64,000 nucleotides of DNA, from assembly GCA_964016885.1 (NCBI GenBank), contig OZ024760.1:11594001-11658000 (forward strand). The letters are read 5' to 3'. The position numbers were made by a program, and so were the translations under genes. The DNA is from Eledone cirrhosa (taxonomy: Eukaryota). Below, one piece after another: positions 1 to 13,075 of the stretch. The notes below the pieces were generated by a model. It was not told the DNA's origin. It saw nothing but the letters and a program-made list of their open reading frames with translations, and ran no database searches. The first letter of the stretch is position 1. Every line of letters begins with the position of its first letter.

Positions 1-2467
1 TTTTTGTTTGTATTATGTGCTTTTGTGGGTGATGGTGGGTGTGGGACAGGTTGCTGTTGTTGTTGTTATAGTTGTTGTTGTTGTTATAGTTGCCGTAGTT
101 GTTGTTATAGTTATTGTTGTTGTTGTTTATAGTTGCCGTAGTTGTTATAGTTGCTGTTGTTGTTCTTATGTATGTGTTGTAGTGTGGCAGGGAGTTTGTT
201 GTTGTAGAATCTGTTAATTTTATTTTCAATTATTCACCATCTTAATTACTGGTTATTCATCAAGGAATTACCTGTCACCACTTCTTTCTCTACCTTTTAT
301 CTGTCCTCTCCTTTATTTACTTTCCTTCTTAATGTTCTTGTTATTGTTCTTGTTATTGTTCTTATTGTTGTTGTTGTTGTTAATGTTCTTGTTATTGTTG
401 TTGTTAATGTTATTGTTGTTTGCTGCTTCTTTTATTTACTTTCCTTGTTATAGTTGTTATTGTTGTTGTTGTTGTTATTGTTGTTATTTGTCCTCTCTTA
501 TTTACTTTCATTGTTGTTGTTTATTTACTTTTGTTGATTGTTCTAGTTGTTGTTAATGTTATATTCTCTCTCACTCTCTCCTGTCTCTCATTCTCTCTCT
601 CTCTCTCCCTCCCCCCCCTCTCCGTCGCTCTCTCTCCTGCCTCTCTCTCTCCCTCCCTCTCTCTCCAATCCTTTTGTTTTTCTTCTTTCTTCTTTTGTCT
701 TCTAATTATTCCGTCTTTCCCCCATATTGTGGCTATCACACTTTACTATCAATATGTTTATCTCTGTCTGTCTGTCTGCACGTCTGTCTGTCTGTCTGTC
801 TGTCTGTCTTCCTGTCTGTATGTATGTATGTATGTATGTGTCTGCACGTCTGTCTGCCTGTCTGCACGTCTGTCTGTTTGTCTGTATGTCTGCCTGTATG
901 TCTGCCTGTCTGTCTGCCTGTCTGTCTACACGTCTGTCTGTCTGTCTGTCTGTCTGCCTGTCTGCACATCTATCTGTCTGTCTGCCTGTCTGCACGTCTG
1001 TCTGTCTGTCTGTCTGTCTGTACGTCTGTCTGTCTGTATGTCTGTCTGCACGTCTGTCTGTCTGCACGTCTGTCTGTCTGCACGTCTGTCTGTCTGCACG
1101 TCTGTCTGTCTGTCTGTCTGCACGTCTGTCTGTCTGCATGTCTGTCTGTCTGTCTGTCCTTTTTAACAGTTAATCTTGTTTTGATTTATTCGATTACCAG
1201 ACTCCGCCACCACTACCACCATACCATCATACCACCATCACCTCCACCACTACCACCATACCATCATCATCATCACCACCATCACCTCCACCACTACCAC
1301 CATACCACCATCATCATCATCACCACCATCACCTCCACCACTACCACCATACCACCATCATCATCACCACCATCACCTCCACCACTACCACCATCATCAT
1401 CACCACCATCACCACCATCACCTCCACCACTACCACCATACCATCATCATCATCATCACCACCATCACCTCCACCACTAATTTCCCCTGCACCATCATCA
1501 TCATCACCACCATCACCGCCACCACTACCACCATACCATCATCACCACCATCACCTCCACCACTATTTTCCCCTGCACCAACACCAACCGCCGCCACCGA
1601 TAGAGTGACTATCTTTGACACCATCAGAATTCCCAACATCATCATCACCATCAACATTATCACTAGCATTATGATCACAAACACCGACGCCAAACCATCC
1701 GCCAATAATTCACTATATATAACACCACCTTTCTCTCTCCTCCTCCTCCCCCTCCTCCTACTACTACTACTACTACTAATACTACTACGAAAAGAAAATA
1801 GCTGTGTTTGGTACTTTATTTATCGACCTCAAAAAAGGAGAAAAGACAAGAATATACTTCTATAGGGAAAGTGACAGATAGAGGAAGAACTAACTCCAGT
1901 CCAGGACTGGACTTTACTGCTACTTTATTTATCGACCTGAATAAGAGAGAAAAGGCAAGAATAGGCCCCTACAAGATTTGAACTCAGAGCTAAGAAAGAA
2001 GTAGCGAAACATTTTCAATATGGCGTCACTAACAACTCCGCCATTTTTCACTTTGAATAACTGTTTAAAGTTGAAGGGAAAAAATGAAAAAAAAAAGGAT
2101 TTTTTTTTTCTTGTTTATTTTAATGGAAAAAATATAATTAAAAAGAGAAAAAAAAGAGGAAGAAATTGATAATAAAATAGAAATAAATTCTATTTTAAAT
2201 TTATAAAATAATTTAAAAAAAACATTACAATTAATACTTCCATGAATTGTATAACGAAATATAATTATATTTTTTATATATTTAAAATATATATATTTCA
2301 TGACAAACTTAAATGGTGCATTTTTTTACACGCGAAATATGACAGAGAAAATATACACACATATATACACACACACATGCATACTATACATATATATATA
2401 TATATATATATACAGAGAGAGAGAGAGAGAGAGAAAGAGAAAGAGAGTGAGAGACACACACACACAC

Positions 2468-2512
<45 letters not shown>

Positions 2513-2627
2513 CATATGCATATATATATATACACATATATATATACATATACACATATATATATATATATATATACGCATATATATATATATATATACA
2601 CACATATATATATATATATATACACAC

Positions 2628-2665
<38 letters not shown>

Positions 2666-2666
2666 A

Positions 2667-2850
2667 TAGGAACAAGTATGACCCCGACGGCAGAGCTCAA
2701 GCCGTTTCGACGGCTATTTCTGGACAGAGAAACGGCTTGAGCTCTACCGTCGGGGTCATACTTGTTCCTATTACCCACTCTACTACCCTAAGTATTGAGT
2801 ACTTTGGTGCGTTATGGTCCATCTGGTTCCTTACCACATTTCCTTCGTTA
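2667..2850 (+). mobile_element. Palindromic (TA)n-embedded element, family A
   Basis: Inverted arms around the centre plus an about 80-bp unique tail; near-identical copies at 14509, 55290 and 63147. Confidence 0.8.
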
Positions 2851-2966
2851 GATATATATATACATTGTTGTTATTTGGCTGTTCTATTTAGTGTAGACAG
2901 ATGGGGTTGAATATTTGAGCGATATGCCAGGATATTATGTGTCTAATTTTATATGTGCAAACATTG

Positions 2967-3021
2967 ATAATGCTCCGATGATTCCAAACGAGAGTTTGGA
3001 AGAAACGATTGTCAGCTATTA
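2967..3021 (+). ncRNA. Type I hammerhead ribozyme-like motif (variant core CCGAUGA)
   Basis: gct-CCGATGA-ttccaaac[gaga]gtttggaa-GAAAC-gatt-GTC-agc. Confidence 0.65.
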
Positions 3022-3659
3022 AATGATTTGAACACAACTTTGATAATTGTATAATTTATTTATTTATAATTTATTTATATATATATATATATATATTTGG
3101 GTGTATATGTGTTTGTGTGTATATTGTGACATATAGTTATGGCCCTTTACGTTCTGATTTTAAATCCCGCGAGAGTAGAGAAAGAAAGAGATAGACAGAG
3201 AGAAGATAAGAGAGAGAGAGTGTGTGTAGGAGGAGAAAGGCAGAGAGAGAGAATGAGAGTGAGTAGAAGAGAGAGAGAGACAGAATAGAATAAGAAGGAG
3301 AGGTAGAGAGAGGAAGAGAGAGTAAAGAAAGTGCGGGGGATGACATTGAGAAGATGAGAAGTGAAAGATAGACAATAGAATGAGAGAGAGTAGAGAGACA
3401 GAAAGAAGAAAAGAGAGAGAGGGGGAGAGGGGAGAATGAGAGAAGAAAAGAGAGAGGGGGGAGATAAAGAGAGATAGAGAGAGATAGAGAGAGGAAGAAA
3501 GATAAAGAGAAATGGAGAGAGAGAGAGAGGGGGGAGAGATAAAGAGAGATAGAGAGAGGAAGAAAGATAAAGAGAAATGGAGAGAGGAAGAGAGAGAGAG
3601 AGAGAGAGAGAGGAAGAGAGAGGAAGAGAGGGGAAGAGAGATAAAGAGAGATAGAGAGA

Positions 3660-3690
<31 letters not shown>

Positions 3691-3726
3691 TAAATAAAGT
3701 GCGGGAGGGGGGACATGAAAGTGAAA

Positions 3727-3797
3727 GATTGACCAATAGAATGAGAGAAACGTCCGATGACGTCATCGGAACAAATACGTCAATCTGATTGGTTGGA
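3727..3797. promoter_or_regulatory. CCAAT - palindromic CRE - inverted CCAAT module
   Basis: CCAAT, then the 16-bp perfect palindrome CCGATGACGTCATCGG containing TGACGTCA, then ATTGG. Confidence 0.35.
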
Positions 3798-4415
3798 TTC
3801 GGTGAAGGAGAATATGAATAGATGAGATTTCATGTAATCTGTGTGTGTTTATGTGTGGATGTGTGTGTGGGTGTGTGTGTGTGTTTATGGGTGCGTGTAT
3901 GTGTGTGTGGATGTGTGTGTGTGGATGTGTGTGTGTGTGTGTGTTTGTGTGTGTATGGGTGTGTGTATGTATTTGTATATGTGCCTGTGAATGTGAGTGT
4001 GCGTGCATGTGCGTGTCAGTGTGTATGTGTGTGTATGTATGTGCGTGTGTGAATAAGTATATATGTGTAGGCGTGGATGAGTGTGTGTGTGTAGATGTGG
4101 GTGTGTATGATGGGTGTGTGCATTGTTGTTGTTACTGTTGGTGGTGGTGGCATTGGTGGTGGAGATGATGGTGGTGGTGGTGGTGGTGGTGGAGATGGTG
4201 GTGTTGTTGTTGGTGGTGGTGGTGGTGGTAGTGGTGGTGATGGTGGTGATGGTGGTGGTGGTGTTGTTGTTGGTGGTTGAGTTGTTGTTGGTGGTGGTGG
4301 TGGTGGTGGAGATGATGGTGGTGGTGGTGGTGGTGGTGGTAGTGTTGATGATGTTAAGAGTTCTCTCTCTCTCTCTCCTTCCCTCTCTCTCTCATTATCT
4401 CTTACTCTCTCAAAG

Positions 4416-4532
4416 GAATCGACTCTGATCAAACCTGAAGAGGAAGAGAAGAAATGGACGTGCGCCAGGCTTAAAATATCCAAAACACAGCTCATGTCCG
4501 GATGGCGTCCCTGGGAATCCATTAGGAGTTAA
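4416..4532 (+). CDS. Putative terminal coding exon of an unidentified gene
   Basis: Long pyrimidine tract plus AAG, then ESTLIKPEEEEKKWTCARLKISKTQLMSGWRPWESIRS-TAA in non-repetitive sequence. The other two frames close early. Confidence 0.4.
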   Translation, partial: ESTLIKPEEEEKKWTCARLKISKTQLMSGWRPWESIRS

Positions 4533-5361
4533 GTGACCAGTGACAATGATTCCCAAGAAACAACTTAATATATTGTTTTTTTCTTGGCTCTAATCCATCG
4601 TTGTTTCTTTGGGAAATGTCAAGTGATCGTATCTTAGATAAAGCTACGTTCAACGATACATCGGAAGATTAGAACTAATGTACGCCATATTGTCTTCTTT
4701 ACTGGCGATCTTAAAATCTCCATTGGAAATATTTACAATAGTAAAAGAAAACAGCTGGATGTAATAACATTACTTTCATCAAATGTAACGCTGGAATATA
4801 GCCAAGAGAAATACTCTGGGTAGGAAAAACGTGGAGAAACGTAGAGAAACTGCTTCTAATACTACAAACCTTTGTAACAATAGCTTCTCTTTTTGTCCTT
4901 ATTCCATACAATGGGTATTGTGAATAGCGAGGTTTTGACGATAGTGTATTATATAAAGATAGGGTGACTCAAAAGTATTGCGATAGAAGTACACGTAGTA
5001 ACCGTAGACAAACATACACACAACAGGCTTCCACAGAGTTCCCGTCACACAATATTTCACTCACAAGGCTGTGGGCAACCATGGTGTAGAGCAGAAGATA
5101 TTTGCCCACGTGGCTCTGTGGTTAGAGAGTTGGAATCGCAATCGTGGGGTTGTGAGTTCGATTCCTGGACCAGGCCAGGCGTTAAGTCCTTGAGCAAGAC
5201 ACTTTATTTTCACGTTTCTCCTTCTGCTGCCAGGAGTTGCTACCAGTAGATTAGTATCAGCAATTGGAAAGACTAATGGAAACATTGTTTCCTCGGTCCC
5301 ATCTGAAGAGTTCATCCTCCCTTTTTAACAGACCTTGTTTTTTTTTAGGGGAGGGGGCTTT

Positions 5362-5802
5362 TACTGGGTTTTCACTTCCCCTCCCCACCAGACATACAGG
5401 GGGGGGTCCCTGGGTTTTCACTTCCCCTCCCCACCAGACATACAAAGGGGGGGTCACTGGGTTTTCACTTCCCCTCCCCACCAGACACACAAAGGGGGTG
5501 TTACTGGGTTTTCACTTCCTCTCCCCACCAGACACACAAAGGGGGGGTCCCTGGGTTTTCACTTCCTCTCCTCACCAGACACACACAGGGGGTGTTACTG
5601 GGTTTTCACTTCCCCTCCCCACCAGACATACAAGAGGGGGGGGGGTCACTTCTCCTCCCCACCAGACATACAGGGGGGGGTCACTGGGTTTTCACTTCCC
5701 CTCCCCACCAGACACACAAAGGGGGTGTTACTGGGTTTTCACTTCCTCTCCCCACCAGACATACAAGAGGGGGGGGGGGGTCACTTCTCCTCCCCACCAG
5801 AC
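5362..5802. repeat. About 46-bp minisatellite
   Basis: Unit actgggttttcacttcccctccccaccagacatacaagggggggtc. Confidence 0.9.
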
Positions 5803-6154
5803 AGACAACATATAAACCCAGTCTAATGTATCCATGAAATGAAATAATAAGAGAGAATACAGGAATTTAAATAAAGAACGGCTCAGAATATCAGAAGAAA
5901 CGAATAACGTCTTACATTTTTCTCGTGTTTTATTTTCTAAACTGAATGACAAGGTAGAGACTATCGTGAGACTGGGGATCTACTGTCTGTGTATATATGT
6001 ATATATACATACGTGTATATATATATATATATTTCCTTACCTTATAAAATTATATGTTTTTTCACAAAAAAGTATTCTGTCTGTTATATATTCCATGTGC
6101 CATTACCAACCTCAATTTTCTCTATAACCTTCGTTTTGTGTAGTAAATTACACT

Positions 6155-6189
<35 letters not shown>

Positions 6190-6197
6190 TAATATAT

Positions 6198-6243
<46 letters not shown>

Positions 6244-6265
6244 TTGTTTGTGTGTGTGTGTGTGT

Positions 6266-6516
6266 GAATGAAGTAATTCCGTCGGAAAGGTCCAGGAAAA
6301 AAGAGTGCTCTATGTAAGTTACAGAGCTTATTAGTTATGTAATAAACAACATAAGATAATTATTTCATTTACCAGTGGTTTCTTGAAAGCAACCAGAATT
6401 GCTTTCATTCATCAGCCCAGGATTTTCCATTCTGATGAATGAAAGCAATTTTGGTTGCTTTAAAGAAACCACTGGTAAATGAAATAATTATCTTATGTTG
6501 TTTATTACATAACTAA

Positions 6517-6517
<1 letters not shown>
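6266..6517. mobile_element. Palindromic microsatellite-embedded element, family B
   Basis: Arms of about 85 bp plus a unique tail; a centre-deleted copy lies at 18152-18296. Confidence 0.75.
6423..6487 (+). ncRNA. Type I hammerhead ribozyme motif inside a fold-back palindrome
   Basis: tttccatt-CTGATGA-atgaaagcaa[ttttgg]ttgctttaaa-GAAAC-cactg-GTA-aatgaaa. Confidence 0.7.
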
Positions 6518-6608
<91 letters not shown>

Positions 6609-6781
6609 ATACAAATACATATATATATATATATAAGTAGAAGGGATATTTAATTTGTTGGAAATTCAACAAATATAAATGTTTATAACTGATTCAGAGC
6701 ACTCGACAAGTTAAGTTTCTGGAGTAAATATTCCCAACGATAATTCAACTGATAAGGTATGTTTCCTTGGCTATGTCAAAA

Positions 6782-6877
6782 TTTATAAAACATACTTTGT
6801 ATTTTATCTGATGAAAGCGTACCAAAGTTTTTGGTACCCTTGAAATATATATAATAGAATAAATATAGTTTTATAAA
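6782..6877 (+). ncRNA. Type I minimal hammerhead ribozyme motif
   Basis: attttat-CTGATGA-aagcgtacca[aagtttt]tggtaccctt-GAAA-tatata-TA-atagaat. Palindromic stem III; stem I extends further (tttataaaac/gttttataaa). Confidence 0.8.
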
Positions 6878-6910
6878 TATAGTTTCCATTTACTTAATAT
6901 CATTGTATAT

Positions 6911-6980
<70 letters not shown>

Positions 6981-7029
6981 CTAACTGTCTATATATACAT
7001 GTAGTATGTGTGAGTGTGCGTATGTATAT

Positions 7030-7079
<50 letters not shown>

Positions 7080-7118
7080 ATTACAACAGTGACATAAACA
7101 CGTACTCAAGTTTGTGTG

Positions 7119-7200
<82 letters not shown>

Positions 7201-7210
7201 CATATATATA

Positions 7211-7263
<53 letters not shown>

Positions 7264-7712
7264 ATATATACGTACGAAATGATATTTTCTAGAAGGGACT
7301 GACAGACGAAAAAGATGGATACTTTTATGCTTTTGTTCGTTTCTCCTCCATATCTGGTTGTTATTCATTTTTTTTTACGTGTTGAACAACAACAACAACA
7401 ACAACCAGTCACGTGGGATGAGTGGGGGGGGGTCTGTGAGTACCTATTGGCATTTTCCCTTAAGCAACATGGAACCACTGCAATGGAAATATATCTAGGG
7501 ATTTATAGTCACTTTGGCAAACTTGTTACTGCTTATCAAAGACTGGCAAGAGAATGTAGTAATTGAATAGATATAAACATATATATACACAGACATACAT
7601 ATATTTTATATATGTATATATATATACATATATATGCATATATATATGCATATATATAAATATATATATATATATATACACATGTATATACATAAATATA
7701 TGCTTACATATA

Positions 7713-7750
<38 letters not shown>

Positions 7751-7900
7751 CATGTATATTCATAAATATATGCTTATATATATATATATATATATACATA
7801 TGCTTATATATAAATGCATATATACATATGCTTATATATATATGCATATATATGCATATATATATATATATATATACAGATGTATATATATACATATATA

Positions 7901-7952
<52 letters not shown>

Positions 7953-8124
7953 ATTACTGCATATATATACATATATATATTCATGCATATGCATATATAT
8001 ATATATTCGTGCTTATATATGTATATATATACATATATATATATTCATCCATATATATGTATATATATACATATATATATATTCATCCATATATATGTAT
8101 ATATATACATATATATATATTCAT

Positions 8125-8184
<60 letters not shown>

Positions 8185-8241
8185 TCCATCTTCCATAAAA
8201 AAAATGAACTGAGGGGGAAAAACGTTGAAAATACACACACA

Positions 8242-8302
<61 letters not shown>

Positions 8303-8417
8303 GTATGCTCAGGTTCACATATATATACACATTTTTTTACCTATATATATGCATATATATTTATATATACATGTACCTATATATATACATGCATATGTGG
8401 TCGTGGTAGTGGTAGTG

Positions 8418-8458
<41 letters not shown>

Positions 8459-8651
8459 TGGTGGTGGTAAAGTAGTAGATGGTTTCGTAAATTAAATTTT
8501 CTTCATGCGTGTGTGTATATATGTATATACATATATATATATATATATGTGTGTGTGTGTATATATATGTATATACATATATATATGTGTGCGTGTTTCG
8601 GTATATGTGTGTATATTGTATATAATATATATATATATATGTGTGTGTTGT

Positions 8652-8690
<39 letters not shown>

Positions 8691-8769
8691 CAGGGTGTAT
8701 ATAATAGAACGTTCTGTAATCCCTTTAATGCATAATGGAATGGTTAAACCTGGAATAGTGAGTACTTTA

Positions 8770-9780
8770 GCACCACCACCACCACCAATACCACCACCAA
8801 CACCACCACCAACACCACCACCACTACCATCACCAACGCCACCACCAACGCCACCATCACCAACACTATCAAACTACCAACGCCACCATCCCCAACACCA
8901 CCACTACCACACCACCACCACTACCAACAGCACCACCACCAACACCACCAAAACTGCCAACACTAACACCACCACCACCAACACCAACACCAACACCACC
9001 AACACCATCATCACCAACGCCAACACCAACACCACCAACACCACCACCACTACCAACACCACCAACGGCCACCACCAACGCCAACACTAACACCACCACC
9101 AACACCAACACCACCAACACCAACACCACCAACACCACCAACACCACCACCACCACCAACACCACCACCAACACCACCACCACCACCACCACCACCACCA
9201 CCAACACCACCACCACCACCAACACCAACAACACCACCACCAACGCCACCACCAACGCCAACACTAACACCACCACCAACAACAACACACCAACACCACC
9301 ACCAACACCACCACCACCAACACCACCACCACCACCAACACCACCCACCACCACCAACACCACCACCACCAACACCACCACCACCACACCACCAACACCA
9401 CCACCAACACCAACACCACCACCACCACCATCACCACCAACACCACCACCACCACCATCACCAACACTATCAAACTACAACACCACCACCACCAACACCA
9501 CCATCACCAACACCACCACCACCACCAACACCACCACCACCACCAACACCACCACCACCAACACCACCAACACCACCAACACCACCACCAACACCAACAC
9601 CACCACCCACCACCACCAACACCACCATCACCAACACCACCACCAACACCACACCAACACCACCAACACCACCACCACCAACACCACCACCAACCACCAC
9701 CACCACCACCACCAACACCACCACCACCAACACCACCAACACCACCATCACCAACACTATCAAAACTACCAACACCACTG
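8770..9780. repeat. (CAC/CAA)n low-complexity tract
   Basis: Similar tracts at 1200-1600, 4135-4345, 20570-20990, 24970-26250 and 44860-45250. Confidence 0.9.
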
Positions 9781-10757
9781 TGAGTTCTTTAGAACCAACA
9801 CTGCAAATACCACCACCACTACTACTACTAACACTAGGATAATGATGATGATGATGATGGGGGAGGGGCGTGAGGGGGGGGGGGGGGATATCGTAATGAA
9901 CCTTTCAGTTTATAATGACTTGTAACAAATTTTTCTATAGTTTCTCTCATTATATTTCACACCCAGCAAGGGGTGAAAGGCAAAGTCAAATCCCGCCGAG
10001 GTTAACTTTGCCTTTCATCCTTACGGGGTCGATAAAATAAAGTACCAGTAATGCACTGGGATAATTGCTGGCCTTGTGCCAAAAGTAGAAACAATTATAT
10101 TTCACACCCAGATTCTTCTTCTGAACTTCTGAACTCCTTTATTTAAAAAGAGTAGAAACAAAACTAGTTTTCGTGTCTGCTGGGGGAGGGGGGGGGGTTG
10201 GAGGAGGTGGGGTGTTGTCAGTGTTATTAATGTTGTGTCCTGTGTTACAGCATTACAGGAATAGTGTTTGACTTCCCTTATCAGGGAGGGGGACAGACAG
10301 ATATATATACAGTTCAAGAGAAACACAGAGATACGTATATATGTGTGTGTGCATATATATATATATATATCATCATCATCATCATCATTTTACGTCCGCT
10401 TTTCCATGCTTGCAGATAGATAGATAGATAGATAGATAGATATATTTCTTTATTAGCCACAGGGGCACAAAAGAAGGGGACAAATACAAAGGGGGAAGTT
10501 TACATACAATAAAAACGTGTAAAATGTTATCACAGATGGAATTTAAAAGTTAGTCGATTTTCCCCAATAGAGGGAGACAGTTTATATGGGTAACACAGAC
10601 CCCCGAAAAAAATGTGCAACCCTCATCTCCAGGAGTACGAAGAGCTTGTACTCCTTTCCTCTCCTCCTCCTTTTCCTCAACCTACAGGCTGATATAGAGA
10701 GAAGGCCCATTCACTCGGGCCATTCTCGCCACTTTCACCCACCTTTCATAAAACTTG

Positions 10758-10976
10758 CTGGGGTACAGCACCTCTCTCTCCATCCTGGGGTACAGCACCT
10801 CTCTCTCCATTCCTGGGGTACAGCACCTCTCTCTCCATCCTGGGGTACAGCACCTCTCTCTCCATCCTGGGGTACAGCACCTCTCTCTCCATCCTGGGGT
10901 ACAGCACCTCTCTCTCCATCCTGGGGTACAGCACCTCTCTCTCCATCCTGGGTACAGCACCTCTCTCTCCATCCTG
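10758..10976. repeat. 27-bp minisatellite, about 8 copies
   Basis: Unit cctggggtacagcacctctctctccat. Confidence 0.92.
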
Positions 10977-11072
10977 ATTCTTCTTCCAAAGTGGTATTGA
11001 AAAAAAGAATCAGTTGTTGGCCGTTTCAACCTTGTCCCACCATACAATCACATCACATTAATTTTTACTCAC

Positions 11073-11124
<52 letters not shown>

Positions 11125-11267
11125 TCGACGATGTCCCCCTTGGTCTGGTGACATTGGCTATGGCCTTTCTAAAGGATTATTTATAAACATACCGTATATC
11201 TTTGGAAATACGAAATTCAAATACATATTTGTATACAGCTATGTTCGAAGCTAAATCATAATTCTAT

Positions 11268-11323
<56 letters not shown>

Positions 11324-11325
<2 letters not shown>

Positions 11326-11381
11326 GGAGTAAGTAAGACCCCGACGGCTGAGCTCAAGCCGTTTCGACGGCTAATTTCTGT
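11324..11381 (+). mobile_element. Family A element, single-arm fragment
   Basis: taggagtaagtaagaccccgacggctgagctcaagccgtttcgacggctaatttctg between (TA)n tracts. Confidence 0.7.
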
Positions 11382-12030
11382 ACTGTACTATATATATATA
11401 GTAATAATTGTTTCTACTTTTGGGCACAAGGCCAGCAATTGCCCAGTGTATTACTGGTACTTTATTTTATCGACCCCCGTAAGGATGTAAGGCAAAGTTA
11501 ACCTCGGCGGGATTTGAATATATATATAGTAATAATAATAAATTTGAAGACTAAAATCCAAAGAGGGCTCGATAAGGATAAATATATATCAAATATATAA
11601 GAACCGTAGAGGGAGAAAGAGAGATGTGTGTGTATGTATGTATGTATGTATATATATATATATATATAGTTGTTATATAGTAAGGTGTATTATTGGTTGT
11701 GTTAAAACGGTCCAATAAACTTTTGTTAGCAATATTAAGTTCTCCAATTCCATTCAAGGGAACAGCTAGATGATGTAAAACGGAGTATAAGTATAAAAAT
11801 GAAAATCTGAAGGCAAGGTAAAATTCCAATTAATTTAATCACGACACATGTTTCAAATAAGAGATAGATCGATCGTAAAGCCATGATCAATTATCACTGA
11901 TCTCATCAGGTGGAAATGAATTGTCCTCAAATTCTTGATATGAGGGAGAAAATTAGCATGAGGGAATAAACTCTGTGAGTAAACATTGCTAATTTTCTCC
12001 CTCATATCAAGAATTTGAAGACAATTCATT

Positions 12031-12106
12031 TCCACCTGATGAGATCAGTGATAATTGATCATGGCTTTACGATCGATCGATCTCTTATTGAAACATGTGT
12101 CGTGAT
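12031..12106 (+). ncRNA. Hammerhead-like motif with long irregular stem II, in a palindrome
   Basis: cac-CTGATGA-(47 nt)-GAAAC-atgt-GTC-gtg. Confidence 0.5.
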
Positions 12107-12187
12107 TAAAATGATTGGAATTTTACCTTGCCTTCAGATTTTCATTTTGATATATATATATATAGAGAGAGAGAGAGAGGAGAGAGA

Positions 12188-12235
<48 letters not shown>

Positions 12236-12258
12236 AGAGAGAGGAGAGAAGAAGAGAG

Positions 12259-12320
<62 letters not shown>

Positions 12321-12412
12321 CTTTCCCTTCCTCTTCCTTTTTATCCAATGTCACAATCTCTGAAGGTTGTCCACACATAAACATACACACACATACACAC
12401 ACAAACACACAC

Positions 12413-12453
<41 letters not shown>

Positions 12454-13022
12454 TGTATGTGTGTGCGTGTATTCGTGCATGCATGTGCGCTTTTGCATGT
12501 TTGTGTGCGTGTGTATATGTGTGTGATTGAGTGCGTGTGTCTTTGTGTGTGTGCGAGTACCTGTTTGAATGTATATGTATATGTGTGCGATATTGTATAT
12601 ATATATATGTGTGCATGTACTTACATATATAGTAATACAAAAACACAATACCCAGGTAAATTAAGTTTTCTTTCCAGTTTCCCAGTTTTGCATCCAATGA
12701 AGCCCAAAGACATCCATCTATATATCTATCTATTCATATATTCAGCTGGAATTTTCTGTTTTTATCTTTATCTTCCTTCATTCTATCTAGAAACATCGTT
12801 AGATATTATCTTCATATTTCATTGCCTACAGCAACACTTCAAAGCGACGTTCTTATCTTATCGTCTGCTCAGTGATAGAACGAAGATATGACAGGGACAA
12901 ACAGGACTGGTCGGATAAAATTGAATGGAATTGGAAAAGTTTGATGAAGGAGGAAGAAATATTTGAATGAAACTTGAAGGAAACATAGAAATAAATAAAG
13001 AAAGACCAGTTTTTTTTTTCAG

Positions 13023-13075
<53 letters not shown>

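Noticed and set aside
5825-5917. aatgta...GAAAC-gaataac-GTC-ttacatt as a hammerhead
   Set aside because: The 5' core (tccatga) is too degenerate and no stem II is evident.
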